Assembly: GCA_963810095.1 (NCBI GenBank) | Contig: CAWEMM010000007.1 | Span: forward strand, 64,001-128,000 | Reading direction: 5' to 3' | From: an uncultured Chloroflexia bacterium | GTDB taxonomy: Bacteria; Chloroflexota; Anaerolineae; CG2-30-64-16 | Length of the DNA: 64,000 bases | In this document: positions 9,308-19,211 of the stretch, piece by piece | Layout: each line of letters begins with the position of its first letter | Numbering within the stretch: the stretch's first letter is position 1 | Notes under the pieces: generated by a model | What the model saw: only the letters and a program-made list of their open reading frames with translations | Databases searched by the model: none | What the model was told of the DNA's origin: nothing | Program-made: the position numbers and the translations under genes

Positions 9308-10837
9308 ATGAAGATAACTGGATTGGCAGCGAGATCAGCCTTTGGCCGGTACGTCCTCATCGCAGCACTCATCGCGGTCGCACTGACGACGGGCAGCAAC
9401 CTGACATCATCGGCATCATCTTCCGGGGCTGCTCCTGCCCCGCCTGCGGCATGTAACACCGTGATCCCGGTCTTCCAGGACGCGATCACGAATTGCCGTG
9501 AGATCAACAACGACTATGCCTGCTACGGCACCTATAACAGCAAGGGCGCGGCCGTCGCGCAGCCGAACGAGAAGCTGCGCTTTAAGATGCCACAGGACCG
9601 GGCGGCGATCGAGCGCTTCCAGAGCCTGGCGACCCTGCCATATCGAACGACGTACGGCGCGGCGCTGATGCGCCTGACGGCGCCCGGGCAGGCGGAGCCG
9701 GTGACTGCGATCCTGTTTGGCGATGCCGCGCTGACGCCAAGTCAGGCCGCGGCGGGGCGCGTCTTCACGCTCAAGACGGTGGGCAGCAATCCGGTCTGCC
9801 AGGCAACACCGCCAGGGCTTGCGGTCCGGGTGCCCTCTGGCAAGACGGGGCGCATCACGATCAACGGTGTCGAGATCAATCTGGGCAGCACCGCGTATGT
9901 CGCCGCGCTAAGCAGCACCGAGACGGTCGTTGCCAACCTGCAGGGAAACGTGGGCGTGCGCCTACCCACGCTCGACGCGACGTTGGCGCTGCCCGTGGGC
10001 CAGCAAACCCTGGTCACAACTCAAGACGGCGTCGCCACGGCATTCACCCAGCCCGCCCCATCTCCTTACGCAAAGTCTAGCCTGCTGCAGTGGTTGGTTG
10101 CCAAGGGGCTGCCCCAGGTGGGCAACCCGAACGGCCAGCCCGACGGGCGTATCGCCTGCGGCGGCCCGATTGCCTTCGGACAGACTATCAGCCAGGCGAA
10201 CGCGACGCCGGGGCAAGAGTGCATCTACCAGTTCTGCGCGAATGCGGGCGACGTGGCGACGATCACCATGGAGCGCCTCAGTGGGCGGCTTGACCCGTAC
10301 ATCGATCTGCGCGCGCCCGACAAGTCGGTCATCAAGTGGAACGACGACACTGCGCCGGGCGCCAGCAATGCGACCCTCTGCAACCAGGTGCTCCCGGTAT
10401 CGGGCTGCGATTACACGATCGTCGCACGGCCCTCGGGCAATGACACGAGCGGTAAGTTCCGCGTCACCCTGGCCGGCCAGAGCGCGTGCCAGGCCCAGGT
10501 GCCCAACTGCCAGGTCAACCCACCGGGCGTCATCTTGCGCAATGGCCCGGGCACGCAGTACGCAAAACTCGCCACCCTCGCGGGCGGCACGAAGCTCTTC
10601 CGCCTGAGCAGCGATCCCGGCACGCCGTGGGTGCAGGTGCAGGTCGCAACGTCCGGGCAGAAAGGGTGGGTGCTGGCCGACGCCGAGCAACTCTATTGTG
10701 ACGACGGCGTGGCCGTGGCCCAGCCGAGCCAGGGCAGCTCGCCATCGGCGGGCCCACCCGCCGCCACAACCGTACCGCCGCCGCCTCCACCGTCGCCGAC
10801 TACGCCGCCCAAGGCCGGCCCATTCCCCCTGCCCTGA
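9308..10837 (+). CDS. Secreted Cys-rich protein with PPC-like and SH3b domains
   Basis: Signal peptide; NAGDVATITMERLSGRLDPYIDL (PPC-like); VILRNGPGTQY..WVQVQV..QKGWV (SH3b); Pro-rich tail. Confidence 0.65.
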   Translation: MKITGLAARSAFGRYVLIAALIAVALTTGSNLTSSASSSGAAPAPPAACNTVIPVFQDAITNCREINNDYACYGTYNSKGAAVAQPNEKLRFKMPQDRAAIERFQSLATLPYRTTYGAALMRLTAPGQAEPVTAILFGDAALTPSQAAAGRVFTLKTVGSNPVCQATPPGLAVRVPSGKTGRITINGVEINLGSTAYVAALSSTETVVANLQGNVGVRLPTLDATLALPVGQQTLVTTQDGVATAFTQPAPSPYAKSSLLQWLVAKGLPQVGNPNGQPDGRIACGGPIAFGQTISQANATPGQECIYQFCANAGDVATITMERLSGRLDPYIDLRAPDKSVIKWNDDTAPGASNATLCNQVLPVSGCDYTIVARPSGNDTSGKFRVTLAGQSACQAQVPNCQVNPPGVILRNGPGTQYAKLATLAGGTKLFRLSSDPGTPWVQVQVATSGQKGWVLADAEQLYCDDGVAVAQPSQGSSPSAGPPAATTVPPPPPPSPTTPPKAGPFPLP

Positions 10838-10867
10838 GTCGGGGCGTTCATCGGAAGGAGTTGTGAG

Positions 10868-13324
10868 ATGAGAATGGTGACGAGTCTGGGACGGCGGCGG
10901 GGCCGCATCGGGCGGTTTCTTCTCGTGCTGGTCGGGGCCGCAGCCTTGTCTGCCGGCTTCGCCACGGCCATTTCGGCGGGCACGGTCGGCCCCCGTGAAG
11001 TTGTGTTCACGGTAACCTCGACGGGCGACCAGGGTGACGGGGCGCCCGGCGACGGCGCGTGCCTTACTGCCGGCCGCGTCTGCACGCTGCCGCGCAGCAG
11101 TGGAAGAGGCGAACGCGGGCGGAGTGCCGGCGACTGTGCGCTTCGACCTGCCGCTGCCGGCGACCATCAAGCTGGGCGCGGCCCTGCAGGTCCGGGGCAG
11201 CCTGAGCATCCAGGGCCCGGCCGCGGGCCTGTTGGCCCTCGATGCCCAGGGCCTTGGCCGGCACCTCGACATCCAGCCCGCTGCCGGACCGGCCGCCGTC
11301 AACGTGTCGCACCTTCTGCTCGCCAACGGGATGTCGGCCGCGGATGGAGGCTCGGTGATCGTAGAGAGCGCCGTGCAACCGGCCGACGTGACGTTCGAGC
11401 GGGTGGTCTTCAAGGATAATACGGCGGCAGGCCGGGGCGGCGCGTTGTTCAGCAACCTCGGCAACGTGACGGTGATCGACTCGCTCTTTACGAACAACCT
11501 GGCAGCCAGCGGCGGCGCGATCGCCAATTCAGGAGGCACGCTTTCGGTCGAGCGCAGCACCCTTGCGGCGAACCGGGCCACAGCCGACGGCGGCGCACTG
11601 TACAATGTGGATCACGGCAGCGTAGGGCGCAGCGGCAACATGACGGTCACCGTCAGCACCCTGGTCGACAACCAGGCTGCCAACCATGGCGGCGCGCTCT
11701 TCAACGGGACGGTGGACGGCAGGGGCGCGGCGACATGGGTGCGCGGTTCCACCATCGTCCGCAACAGTGTCACTTCCGGCTCGGCCGAGGCTGCGGGCGG
11801 CGGCGCGTATGACAACGCCACTTGTCTTGTCCTCAACAGCACGATTCTCGCCGGGAACACCAGGGGGTCCGGCGCGGGCCGCGCCTGGGACGAGTGCGTG
11901 TCGAAGAGCGGGAGCCTCCCCGCGCGCGCCGGCGCCATCCCCGACTCATTCCTGACCGGCGGCGATAACCTGCTGGGGAACGCGGCCGGCGGTGGCTGCG
12001 CGCCAAGCGCCGGCGACGTCCAGATCGACCCTGCCCGGCTCTTCGTCGACGTGCTGCACGATCAACTGGCCTCCTACGACGGATCGCAGCCGATGTTCGC
12101 GTTGCGGCCCAACAGTCCGGCAATCGACTACACCCCCGCCAACAGCCACGTCTGCGGCACGGGCCTCACCGTCGACCAGCGCGGGGCGCCGAAGCCGCTC
12201 GGCGCCGCTTGTGATATCGGCGCGTACGAAGCCGCTCTGCCCGCGGTGACCGCGTCGCGCACCCTCAGCATGGACCCGGGCTCCTGCTCGAGCCAGTCCT
12301 CGGTCGAACTGGCGACCGGGGCGCTTGTCTATTCCTGTGCGACCGTCGTCAACACCGGTAATGTTGCCTTCACCCGGACGGAGATCTCCGTACCGGGCTG
12401 GCCGCGCCCCTACGTCCTGGCACAGCCGCTCGCGCCCGGGCAAGCGATCACGCTGACAGCCGCTCAATTCCCGGCGCTCGGGCCGATGCGTGTGCTTGGC
12501 GATGCGCCCGCCGGTGTGTTTGGCGCAGGCGACAGCCAATGGAGCGCGCCTCCGGGATTCCCTCGCAGGCGGCCGGCAAGGGTCTGTCGCTTGCACGACC
12601 GGTGGATGTGGCGATGCAGGTGACCGCGAAGCCCTTCGGTTTCGGCGCCATCCGCACCGTCACGGCCACGGTGACCTATCACGAGACAGGCGCCATCATT
12701 CCGCAGCGCCTTGTGAAGCTCTACATCAGCGGCGGAACGACCGCGCAACTACCGGCACAGTCGACTAACGGGCGGGGCCAGGCGGTCTTCAGCTACATCA
12801 GCTTTTCGCCGCTGACGCCCGCCACGGCAGGGCTTACCGGCGGGCAACCTGCCCGGGCGCTGAGTACGAGCCCGGAAGCCGTGCAGGCCACTGACTTCCT
12901 GCAGATGTGGGTCGATCTGAACGGCAACGGGCTGCGCGACCCGTTCGAGCCCTTCACGGCCGCGGGCCTGCCCACCGCGATCACGCTCGCATCGTTCGAG
13001 GCGCAGGCGGGTGCGGCAGACGCCGTCGTGCTGCGCTGGCGAACGGCCACGGAAGTCCAGGTGGCCGGCTTCAACGTGCTCCGGGCGGCGCAGCCCCAGG
13101 GACCCTACACCAAGGTCAACCCGAATTTGATCCCCAGCCAGGGCACAGGGCTGGGCAGCGACTACGAGTACACCGACCATCCGGGCGCGGCGGGCACCTA
13201 TTACTACAAGCTCGAAGAGGTCGGGTCGGACGGGAGCACGGTCGTGCACGGGCCGGTGACCGTGCAGCCAGGCGGGCCGATCGACGGCGGGCATCGCCAA
13301 TTCCTGCCGTGGATTGGCCGTTAG
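10868..13324 (+). CDS. CSLREA / choice-of-anchor Q beta-helix surface protein with C-terminal FLP tail; apparent frameshifts near 11090 and 12530
   Basis: VFTVTSTGD..GDGAC..CTL/RAAVEEAN; GGAL/GGAI repeats; SPAID..DQRG..ACDIGAYE; ITLASFEA..LRWRTATE..GFNVLR..YYYKLEEV domain; ends QFLPWIGR. Confidence 0.75.
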
Positions 13325-13383
13325 GGCGCGTCGGGCGGCCGGTCAGCGCAGCGCGAAATCCGGCGACACTGGAGGTGGGCGAG

Positions 13384-15690
13384 TTGGAAGGGGAAACACG
13401 AAACCCAGCGAAGAGGCGAACTGCGAAACGCGAAAAGCGCCCCGGTGATGGCGCACACCGGCGAGGCGCTTTTCCCCTTCCAACTCGCTCGCTCGCGGTC
13501 GCGCTGTGCTGCGTAGCCCTGCTCCTGCTTGCCTTGCCCGCCTCTTCGAAGGCCGAGACCGCGGCCGCTCAACCCTCGCTCCGCATCGTGACCCGTGCGG
13601 AAGGGCTCTACGCGCTCCACTATGCCGATCTACAGGCGGCCGGCTGGCACCCAGCCGGCCTCGATCCCCGCACTATCACGGTGACAAACCGCGGGACGGA
13701 AGTGGCGATCCGGGTTCTGGGCGAGGCAGACGGCCGCTTTGATCCCGGCGACGCCGTCCTTTTCTACGCCCGCGCCTATTCCGATCGCTTTACGAACGAC
13801 AACGTCTACTGGGTGAGCGCGGCCGCCGGCCCGGGTAAACGCATGACGGAGCGCGACGTCACGCCGAAAGGCGCGCCCGTGGCCGCATCGTTCCGCACGA
13901 CCGTCCATGGGGAGCAGGACACGGCCTACTGGCAGGCGATGCCCGGCTCGACGGAGGATGACCGGTGGTTCTGGGGCGGCAGGCTGGGGCCGCCGGGCCA
14001 GGCCGACGCTGCCGAGCGCGATTACGGGCTGACCCTGGGTACGGCTGCCAGCGCGGCGGAGCCTGCCCGGCTGCGGGTGCGCCTCAAGGGCTACACGACG
14101 CTGGGCCACCGGACCCGGCTGCTGCTGAACGGGGTGCAGGTGAGCGAGCAGCCCTGGCAAGGGCAAACGGTGTTCGACCAGGTCGTCGACGTCCCACAGT
14201 CGCTGGTGCGCAGCGGCGCGAACACCGTGCGCGTCCAGGCGCTTGCGAGCGGTGCGGCCGTGGATCAATTCCTGGTCAATTGGATCGAAATCACTTACAG
14301 CGCGCAGTTCAGAGCCGCGGGCGATCGACTGGCATTCGGCGGGACGGCCGCGGGCGCTCAGCAGTTCTCGGTCGCCGGCTTTGCAGGCCAGGGGGCCGAG
14401 GCATACGACATCACCGACCCCAATGGTCCCGTTCGATTGGTGGGCGGCCTGCCTGAGGGCGGATCTGGCGACTACCGGCTGCGGTTCGAGGACGGCGCCT
14501 CGGCAAGCAAGGCATACTTCGTGGCGACCGCCGTCGCCTGGCTCGCGCCGCAGAGCATCGCGGCCGACACCCCCTCGCACCTGGCCTTTGCCGACAATGC
14601 GGCCGACTACATCGTGATCACGCCCCGGGACTTCTGGCAGAGCGCCCAGCAACTGGCGGACTACCGGAGAGCCCAGGGATTCAGGACGGCTGTCATCGAC
14701 GTGCAGGATATCTACGACGAGTTCGACGGCGGCATCTTCTCGCCGATCGCGATCCGCGACTTCATCCGCTACGCTTATCTCAACTGGCAGCGGCCTGCAC
14801 CCGCTTACGTCGTCCTGCTAGGGGATGCCTACCAGGACTACAAGGACAACCTGCACACGGGCACGCGCAACTTCGTGCCGTCCTACAGCTTCGGGAGCAG
14901 CCTCTTCGGCGAGGTCTCGTCGGATAACTGGCTTGCCGCCGTCGACGGCGAAGACCCGCTTCCCGACGTAAATCTCGGCCGGCTGGCCGCGCAAACACCT
15001 CTGGAAGCGGGGCAGATCGTGGCGAAGGTGATCGCCTACGAGCAACAGCCTTCTGCTCACGCCGGTTCGCTGCTGCTAGTAGCCGACGACGACGAGCCGG
15101 ATTTCGCGCAGCTTTCCGACGACCTCGCGACCTTTGGACCCGCTCGGAAGGTCTATGTCGCGGGGTATCCTCCCGGCAATCCAACCGACGATATCTTGAG
15201 CACCATCAACGCGGGCGTTGGCTTCGTGAACTACGCGGGCCACGGCGAGCACAACGCGTGGGGGCTGTGGCAGGGGAACTCGAGGCGCATTTTCACGACA
15301 GACGATGTCGCCCGGCTGCAGAACGCGGGCCGCTTGCCCGTCGTCACCGTGGGCGACTGCCTCAATGGCTTTTTCACCGGGCCGCGTGACAACCCGTCGC
15401 TCGCCGAAGCGTTTCAGCGCCGGCCAGACGGCGGCGCGATCGCGGTCTGGGCGCCCACGGGATATGGTTACCCGCTGGGGCACCAACTCCTGCTGGAGGG
15501 CTTCTACCGGGCGATGTTCCGCCAGGGCATCACACGGCTTGGTCCCGCGACCACGGCCGCGAAGGTGGCGGCGTATGCCGATAGTCCCTTCTGGGGGGAG
15601 CTGATCATGACGTACGTGCTGTTCGGCGACCCTGCGACGCAGGTCGGGCTGCAAAGCCGCTCGGTCTTCCTGCCGTCCGTCTCACGGTAA
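13384..15690 (+). CDS. Secreted C25 family (gingipain/PorU-like) cysteine peptidase with C-terminal FLP tail
   Basis: GGAGG 8 nt before an in-frame TTG (start tentative); signal peptide; DYIVITP, DIYDEF, YVVLLGDA, SDNW, LGRL, NYAGHG (His), VGDCLNG (Cys), YVLFGDP; ends SVFLPSVSR. Confidence 0.82.
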   Translation: MEGETRNPAKRRTAKREKRPGDGAHRRGAFPLPTRSLAVALCCVALLLLALPASSKAETAAAQPSLRIVTRAEGLYALHYADLQAAGWHPAGLDPRTITVTNRGTEVAIRVLGEADGRFDPGDAVLFYARAYSDRFTNDNVYWVSAAAGPGKRMTERDVTPKGAPVAASFRTTVHGEQDTAYWQAMPGSTEDDRWFWGGRLGPPGQADAAERDYGLTLGTAASAAEPARLRVRLKGYTTLGHRTRLLLNGVQVSEQPWQGQTVFDQVVDVPQSLVRSGANTVRVQALASGAAVDQFLVNWIEITYSAQFRAAGDRLAFGGTAAGAQQFSVAGFAGQGAEAYDITDPNGPVRLVGGLPEGGSGDYRLRFEDGASASKAYFVATAVAWLAPQSIAADTPSHLAFADNAADYIVITPRDFWQSAQQLADYRRAQGFRTAVIDVQDIYDEFDGGIFSPIAIRDFIRYAYLNWQRPAPAYVVLLGDAYQDYKDNLHTGTRNFVPSYSFGSSLFGEVSSDNWLAAVDGEDPLPDVNLGRLAAQTPLEAGQIVAKVIAYEQQPSAHAGSLLLVADDDEPDFAQLSDDLATFGPARKVYVAGYPPGNPTDDILSTINAGVGFVNYAGHGEHNAWGLWQGNSRRIFTTDDVARLQNAGRLPVVTVGDCLNGFFTGPRDNPSLAEAFQRRPDGGAIAVWAPTGYGYPLGHQLLLEGFYRAMFRQGITRLGPATTAAKVAAYADSPFWGELIMTYVLFGDPATQVGLQSRSVFLPSVSR

Positions 15691-15769
15691 GGGTCGAGCT
15701 GGGGTCTGCTGTCGCCTGTTGCAGGCTTCATTCTTCCGGCAGGGGCCGGGCTCGCCGAGCCGGCGGCGG

Positions 15770-16290
15770 ATTTCTTTCTTTCGTCAGGGGCCGGCCGGCC
15801 CCTGCCAACCGCCCAATGGCTACGCCCCTGGCGAGGTCCTCGCCTTGGTCAGCGAGACGCGCATGCCCCCTGGGACGCTGGTGTTGGGCAGCTTCTTAAA
15901 TGCCGGTTTCTTCAACTCGGCGGCAGGCTTCTTCCTTTCGGCAGGGGCCGGCCGGCCCCTGCCAACCCCGCCTCGGTGGCCTTGCCCCCGAGCCCCCGAT
16001 GGCTATGCTCCTGGCGCAGCCTTCGCCTTAGTCAGCGAAATGTGCATGCCCCCTGGGACGTTAGTGTTGCGCACCTCCCTAAATGCCGGTTTTGCGCGAG
16101 CCCGAACTGGCAGGCCCGCGGCGGTCCGTGGGCCACAGCCGTTGCCGGCGACAGATCTGCTCCCCGAGCAGGTTTGGGGGTCGAGGGGGCGCAGCCCCAC
16201 GGCGGGGGTGTTGGGGGCCCGCGGCCCCCAACGGGCCAGATATCGACACATCTCAGTGTTGAAGGCCGGCGGCCCCCAACGGGCCAGATA
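15770..16290. repeat. Non-coding structured repeat element, copy A, with internal tandem duplication
   Basis: ~15770-15910 and ~15930-16092 are imperfect tandem copies; blocks at 16001, 16090 and 16162 match 52124, 52213 and 52288. Confidence 0.65.
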
Positions 16291-16368
16291 TCAATACAGC
16301 GGCGCTTGCCGCCGCCTGCGGAACGTCCGCGACAGAGCGCGGGCAGCGGCCGCGGTATACTGCCGGGT

Positions 16369-17406
16369 ATGCCGGCATTACTTCTACAGACGAATGAACG
16401 GGGACTCTATTGCGCGGCGGGCGACTTCTACGTCGATCCGTGGGCGCCCGTCGAGCGCGCGATCCTGACCCATGCGCACTCGGATCACGCCCGTGCGGGA
16501 TCGGCACGCTACCTGGTGCCTTCGGCTGGCCTGCCCATCATGCGGCAGCGGCTCGGCTCCGACGCGCGCCTCGTGCCCCTCGAGTACGGCAAGCCGCTGG
16601 AAGTCAACGGCGTCACCGTGTCGTTTCACCCGGCGGGGCATGTGCTCGGGTCGGCGCAGGTGCGGGTGGAGCACCGCGGCGAGGTGTGGGTGATCTCGGG
16701 TGACTACAAGCGGGACCCTGATCCGACCTGCGCGGCGTTTGAACCTGTCCGCTGCCACACCTTCATCACGGAAGCAACCTTTGGCCTGCCGATCTACCGC
16801 TGGCCGCCGCAGGACTCCGTTTTCCGAGAGATCGACGAGTGGTGGCGGGGAAACCAGGCCGCCGGCGCCGCGTCGGTGCTTTTTGCCTATGCGCTCGGCA
16901 AGGCCCAGCGGCTGCTGGCGGGCATCGACTCCCGCATCGGCCCTGTGTACGTCCACGGCGCGGTCCATGCGGTCAACCGCCTGTATGGGGAGGCCGGGGT
17001 CGCGCTGCCCGAAGCGCACTACGCGATGGCGGCCGGGCGGGCGACGGATTGGTCGCAAGCACTGATCATCGCGCCGACCTCGGCGCGCGACACGCCTTGG
17101 CTGCGCCGCTTCGGCCGCTTCTCCGACGGGTTCGCATCCGGGTGGATGCGCGTGCGGGGGCAGCGCCGGCGCCGCTCGATTGACCGGGGCTTCGTGTTGT
17201 CCGACCATGTCGACTGGCCGGGATTGATGGCGACGGTGCGGGAGACCGGGGCCGAGCGCGTTTTCGTCACCCACGGCTACACCGCAGCGGTGGCCCGGTG
17301 GTTGAGCGAGCAGGGATTGGAGGCCTATCCGCTTGAAACCCGGTTCGCCGGGGATGAAGAAGAAACGGAATTGGCCGCAGAGGGCACAGAGGTAGCAGAG
17401 GGGTGA
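16369..17406 (+). CDS. Ligase-associated DNA damage response exonuclease (MBL fold)
   Basis: GLYC..GDFYVDPW, ILTHAHSDH, PAGHVLGS, SGDYK, ITEATFGLP, YALGKAQR, LSDHVDW, VTHG. Confidence 0.9.
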   Translation: MPALLLQTNERGLYCAAGDFYVDPWAPVERAILTHAHSDHARAGSARYLVPSAGLPIMRQRLGSDARLVPLEYGKPLEVNGVTVSFHPAGHVLGSAQVRVEHRGEVWVISGDYKRDPDPTCAAFEPVRCHTFITEATFGLPIYRWPPQDSVFREIDEWWRGNQAAGAASVLFAYALGKAQRLLAGIDSRIGPVYVHGAVHAVNRLYGEAGVALPEAHYAMAAGRATDWSQALIIAPTSARDTPWLRRFGRFSDGFASGWMRVRGQRRRRSIDRGFVLSDHVDWPGLMATVRETGAERVFVTHGYTAAVARWLSEQGLEAYPLETRFAGDEEETELAAEGTEVAEG

Positions 17407-17429
17407 GGACGATAGACGATGATGGACGA

Positions 17430-17463
17430 AGAAACCAGGTTTCTCCTCGGCAACCGGGTTTCT
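17430..17463. repeat. Paired AGAAACC(A/T/G)GGTTTCT palindromes (REP-like)
   Basis: AGAAACCAGGTTTCT plus AACCGGGTTTCT; also at 23677, 24169 and 54282. Confidence 0.7.
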
Positions 17464-17480
17464 TTGGGGGCTGAAGCGAC

Positions 17481-19117
17481 ATGAAGCGCTTCACACAGCT
17501 TTACCTCGCGCTCGACGCGACGACCCGCACCAACGAGAAGGTTGCGGCGATGGTCGCTTACTTCCGGGAGGCCGCGCCCGAGGACGCGGCGTGGGCCGTC
17601 TTCTTTCTGAGCGGGCGGCGGCCTAAGCGCCTGCTGCCTTCGCACCTCCTGCGCACGCTGGCCGCCGAGCTTGCCGGCATCCCCGAGTGGCTGCTGGTCG
17701 AGTCTTACTCGGCCGTGGGCGACTCGGCGGAGACCGCGGCACTGCTGTTGCCCGACCCGGGTGTCACTTCAGACCTGCCGCTACATCGGTGGATGCTCGA
17801 GCACATCCTGCCCGTGCGCGAGGCGGACGAGGCGGGGCAGCGGGATATGATCCTGAACGCCTGGGCCGAGCTGGGCGAGGCCGAGCGCTACGTCTTCAAC
17901 AAGCTCATCACGGGTGCGCTCCGGGTCGGCGTGTCGCAGCTGCTGCTCGTGCGCGCGCTCAGCCAGTGCAGTGGTAGCCCGTCGAACGGGAGCCCGTCGA
18001 ACGGGAGCCCGTCTGACGGGGTGGACGAGCAGACGATCGCTCACCGGCTGATGGGCGGGTGGGACCCCACGCCCCAGTTCTACCGCTCGCTGGTCGCCAA
18101 GGGAGCAGTCGGACGCAGACGTCAGCCGGCCCTATCCCTTCTTCCTGGCGCACCCGCTGGAAGGTGAGCCCGATGCGCTGGGGCCGGTGAGCCGAATGGC
18201 AGGCCGAGTGGAAGTGGGACGGCATCCGCTCGCAGCTCATCAAGCGGCAGGGCGGCGTGTACCTGTGGTCGCGGGGCGAGGAACTCGTCACGGACCGCTA
18301 CCCCGAGGTGGTGGCTGCTGCAGCGGGCCTGCCCGACGGCACGGTGCTCGACGGCGAGCTGCTGCCCTGGCGCGACGGGCGGGTGATGCCGTTTGCCGAG
18401 ATGCAGCGGCGCATCGGGCGGAAAGACCTCGGCAAGAAGATCCTGGCCGACGTGCCGGTGGTGATCCTGACCTACGACCTGCTGGAGTGGGGCGGGGAGG
18501 ATTGGCGGCCGCGGGCGCTGACCGAGCGGCGCGCTCAATTGGAGCGGGTGATCGCAGCGGCGAACAGCCCGTGGCTGCTGATCTCAGAGATCGTGACGAG
18601 CGAGAGCTGGGCGGAACTGGCCGAACGGCGCGCCGAGAGCCGCGAGAGGGCGGTCGAAGGCTTGATGCTCAAGCGCCGTGACTCGACGTACGGTGTGGGG
18701 CGCAAGCGCGGGGACTGGTGGAAGTGGAAGATCGAGCCGTATAGCATCGACGCAGTGCTGATCTACGCGCAGCGGGGCAGCGGCAAGCGCGCCAGCCTCT
18801 ACACCGACTACACCTTCGCCGTCTGGGATCAGGGCGAGCTCGTCCCGTTCGCCAAGGCCTATTCCGGCCTGACCGACGCCGAGATCCGGGAGGTCGATCG
18901 CTTCGTGCGGGAGAACACCCGCGAGCGCTTCGGCCCGGTGCGCAGCGTGACGCCGAAGCTCGTGTTCGAGCTGGGTTTCGAGGGCATCCAGGAGAGCAGT
19001 CGACATAAGAGCGGGATCGCGGTCCGGTTCCCGCGCATCCTGAGGTGGCGGAAGGACAAGAACATCGAGGATGCGGATTCGCTGGAGACGATCCGCGAGC
19101 TGATTCAGCGCAGATGA
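17481..19117 (+). CDS. ATP-dependent DNA ligase; apparent frameshifts at ~18100-18195
   Basis: N-terminal MKRFTQLY..TRTNEK; EWKWDGIRSQL (KxDG) near 18205; VLDGEL, EGLMLK, WWKWK, YTDYTF, AVRFPR. Confidence 0.88.
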
Positions 19118-19191
19118 CGTAGACTGGGAAAGCCGGTCGTCAGGTGTCCCCAGACGATCCGGCGGACCTGCCCAATCTGCGTCATCTGCGC
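19108..19191. repeat. Inverted repeat between convergent genes (CGCAGAT family), possible terminator
   Basis: GCGCAGATGACGTAGACTGGG pairs with CCCAATCTGCGTCATCTGCGC; overlaps the ligase stop codon. Confidence 0.55.
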
Positions 19192-19211
19192 GCGGTCCAT
19201 TAGCGCTGTGC

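Noticed and set aside
15770-16290. Possible CRISPR array
   Set aside because: Only two long imperfect units with no regular repeat-spacer periodicity, and no cas genes in the window
15719-16468. ORFs spanning the repeat regions (also 51941-52795, sharing GYAPGA and WGSRGRSP peptides)
   Set aside because: The shared peptides follow from the DNA repeat; there is no RBS and hairpin covariation favours a non-coding element, though a coding role is not fully excluded
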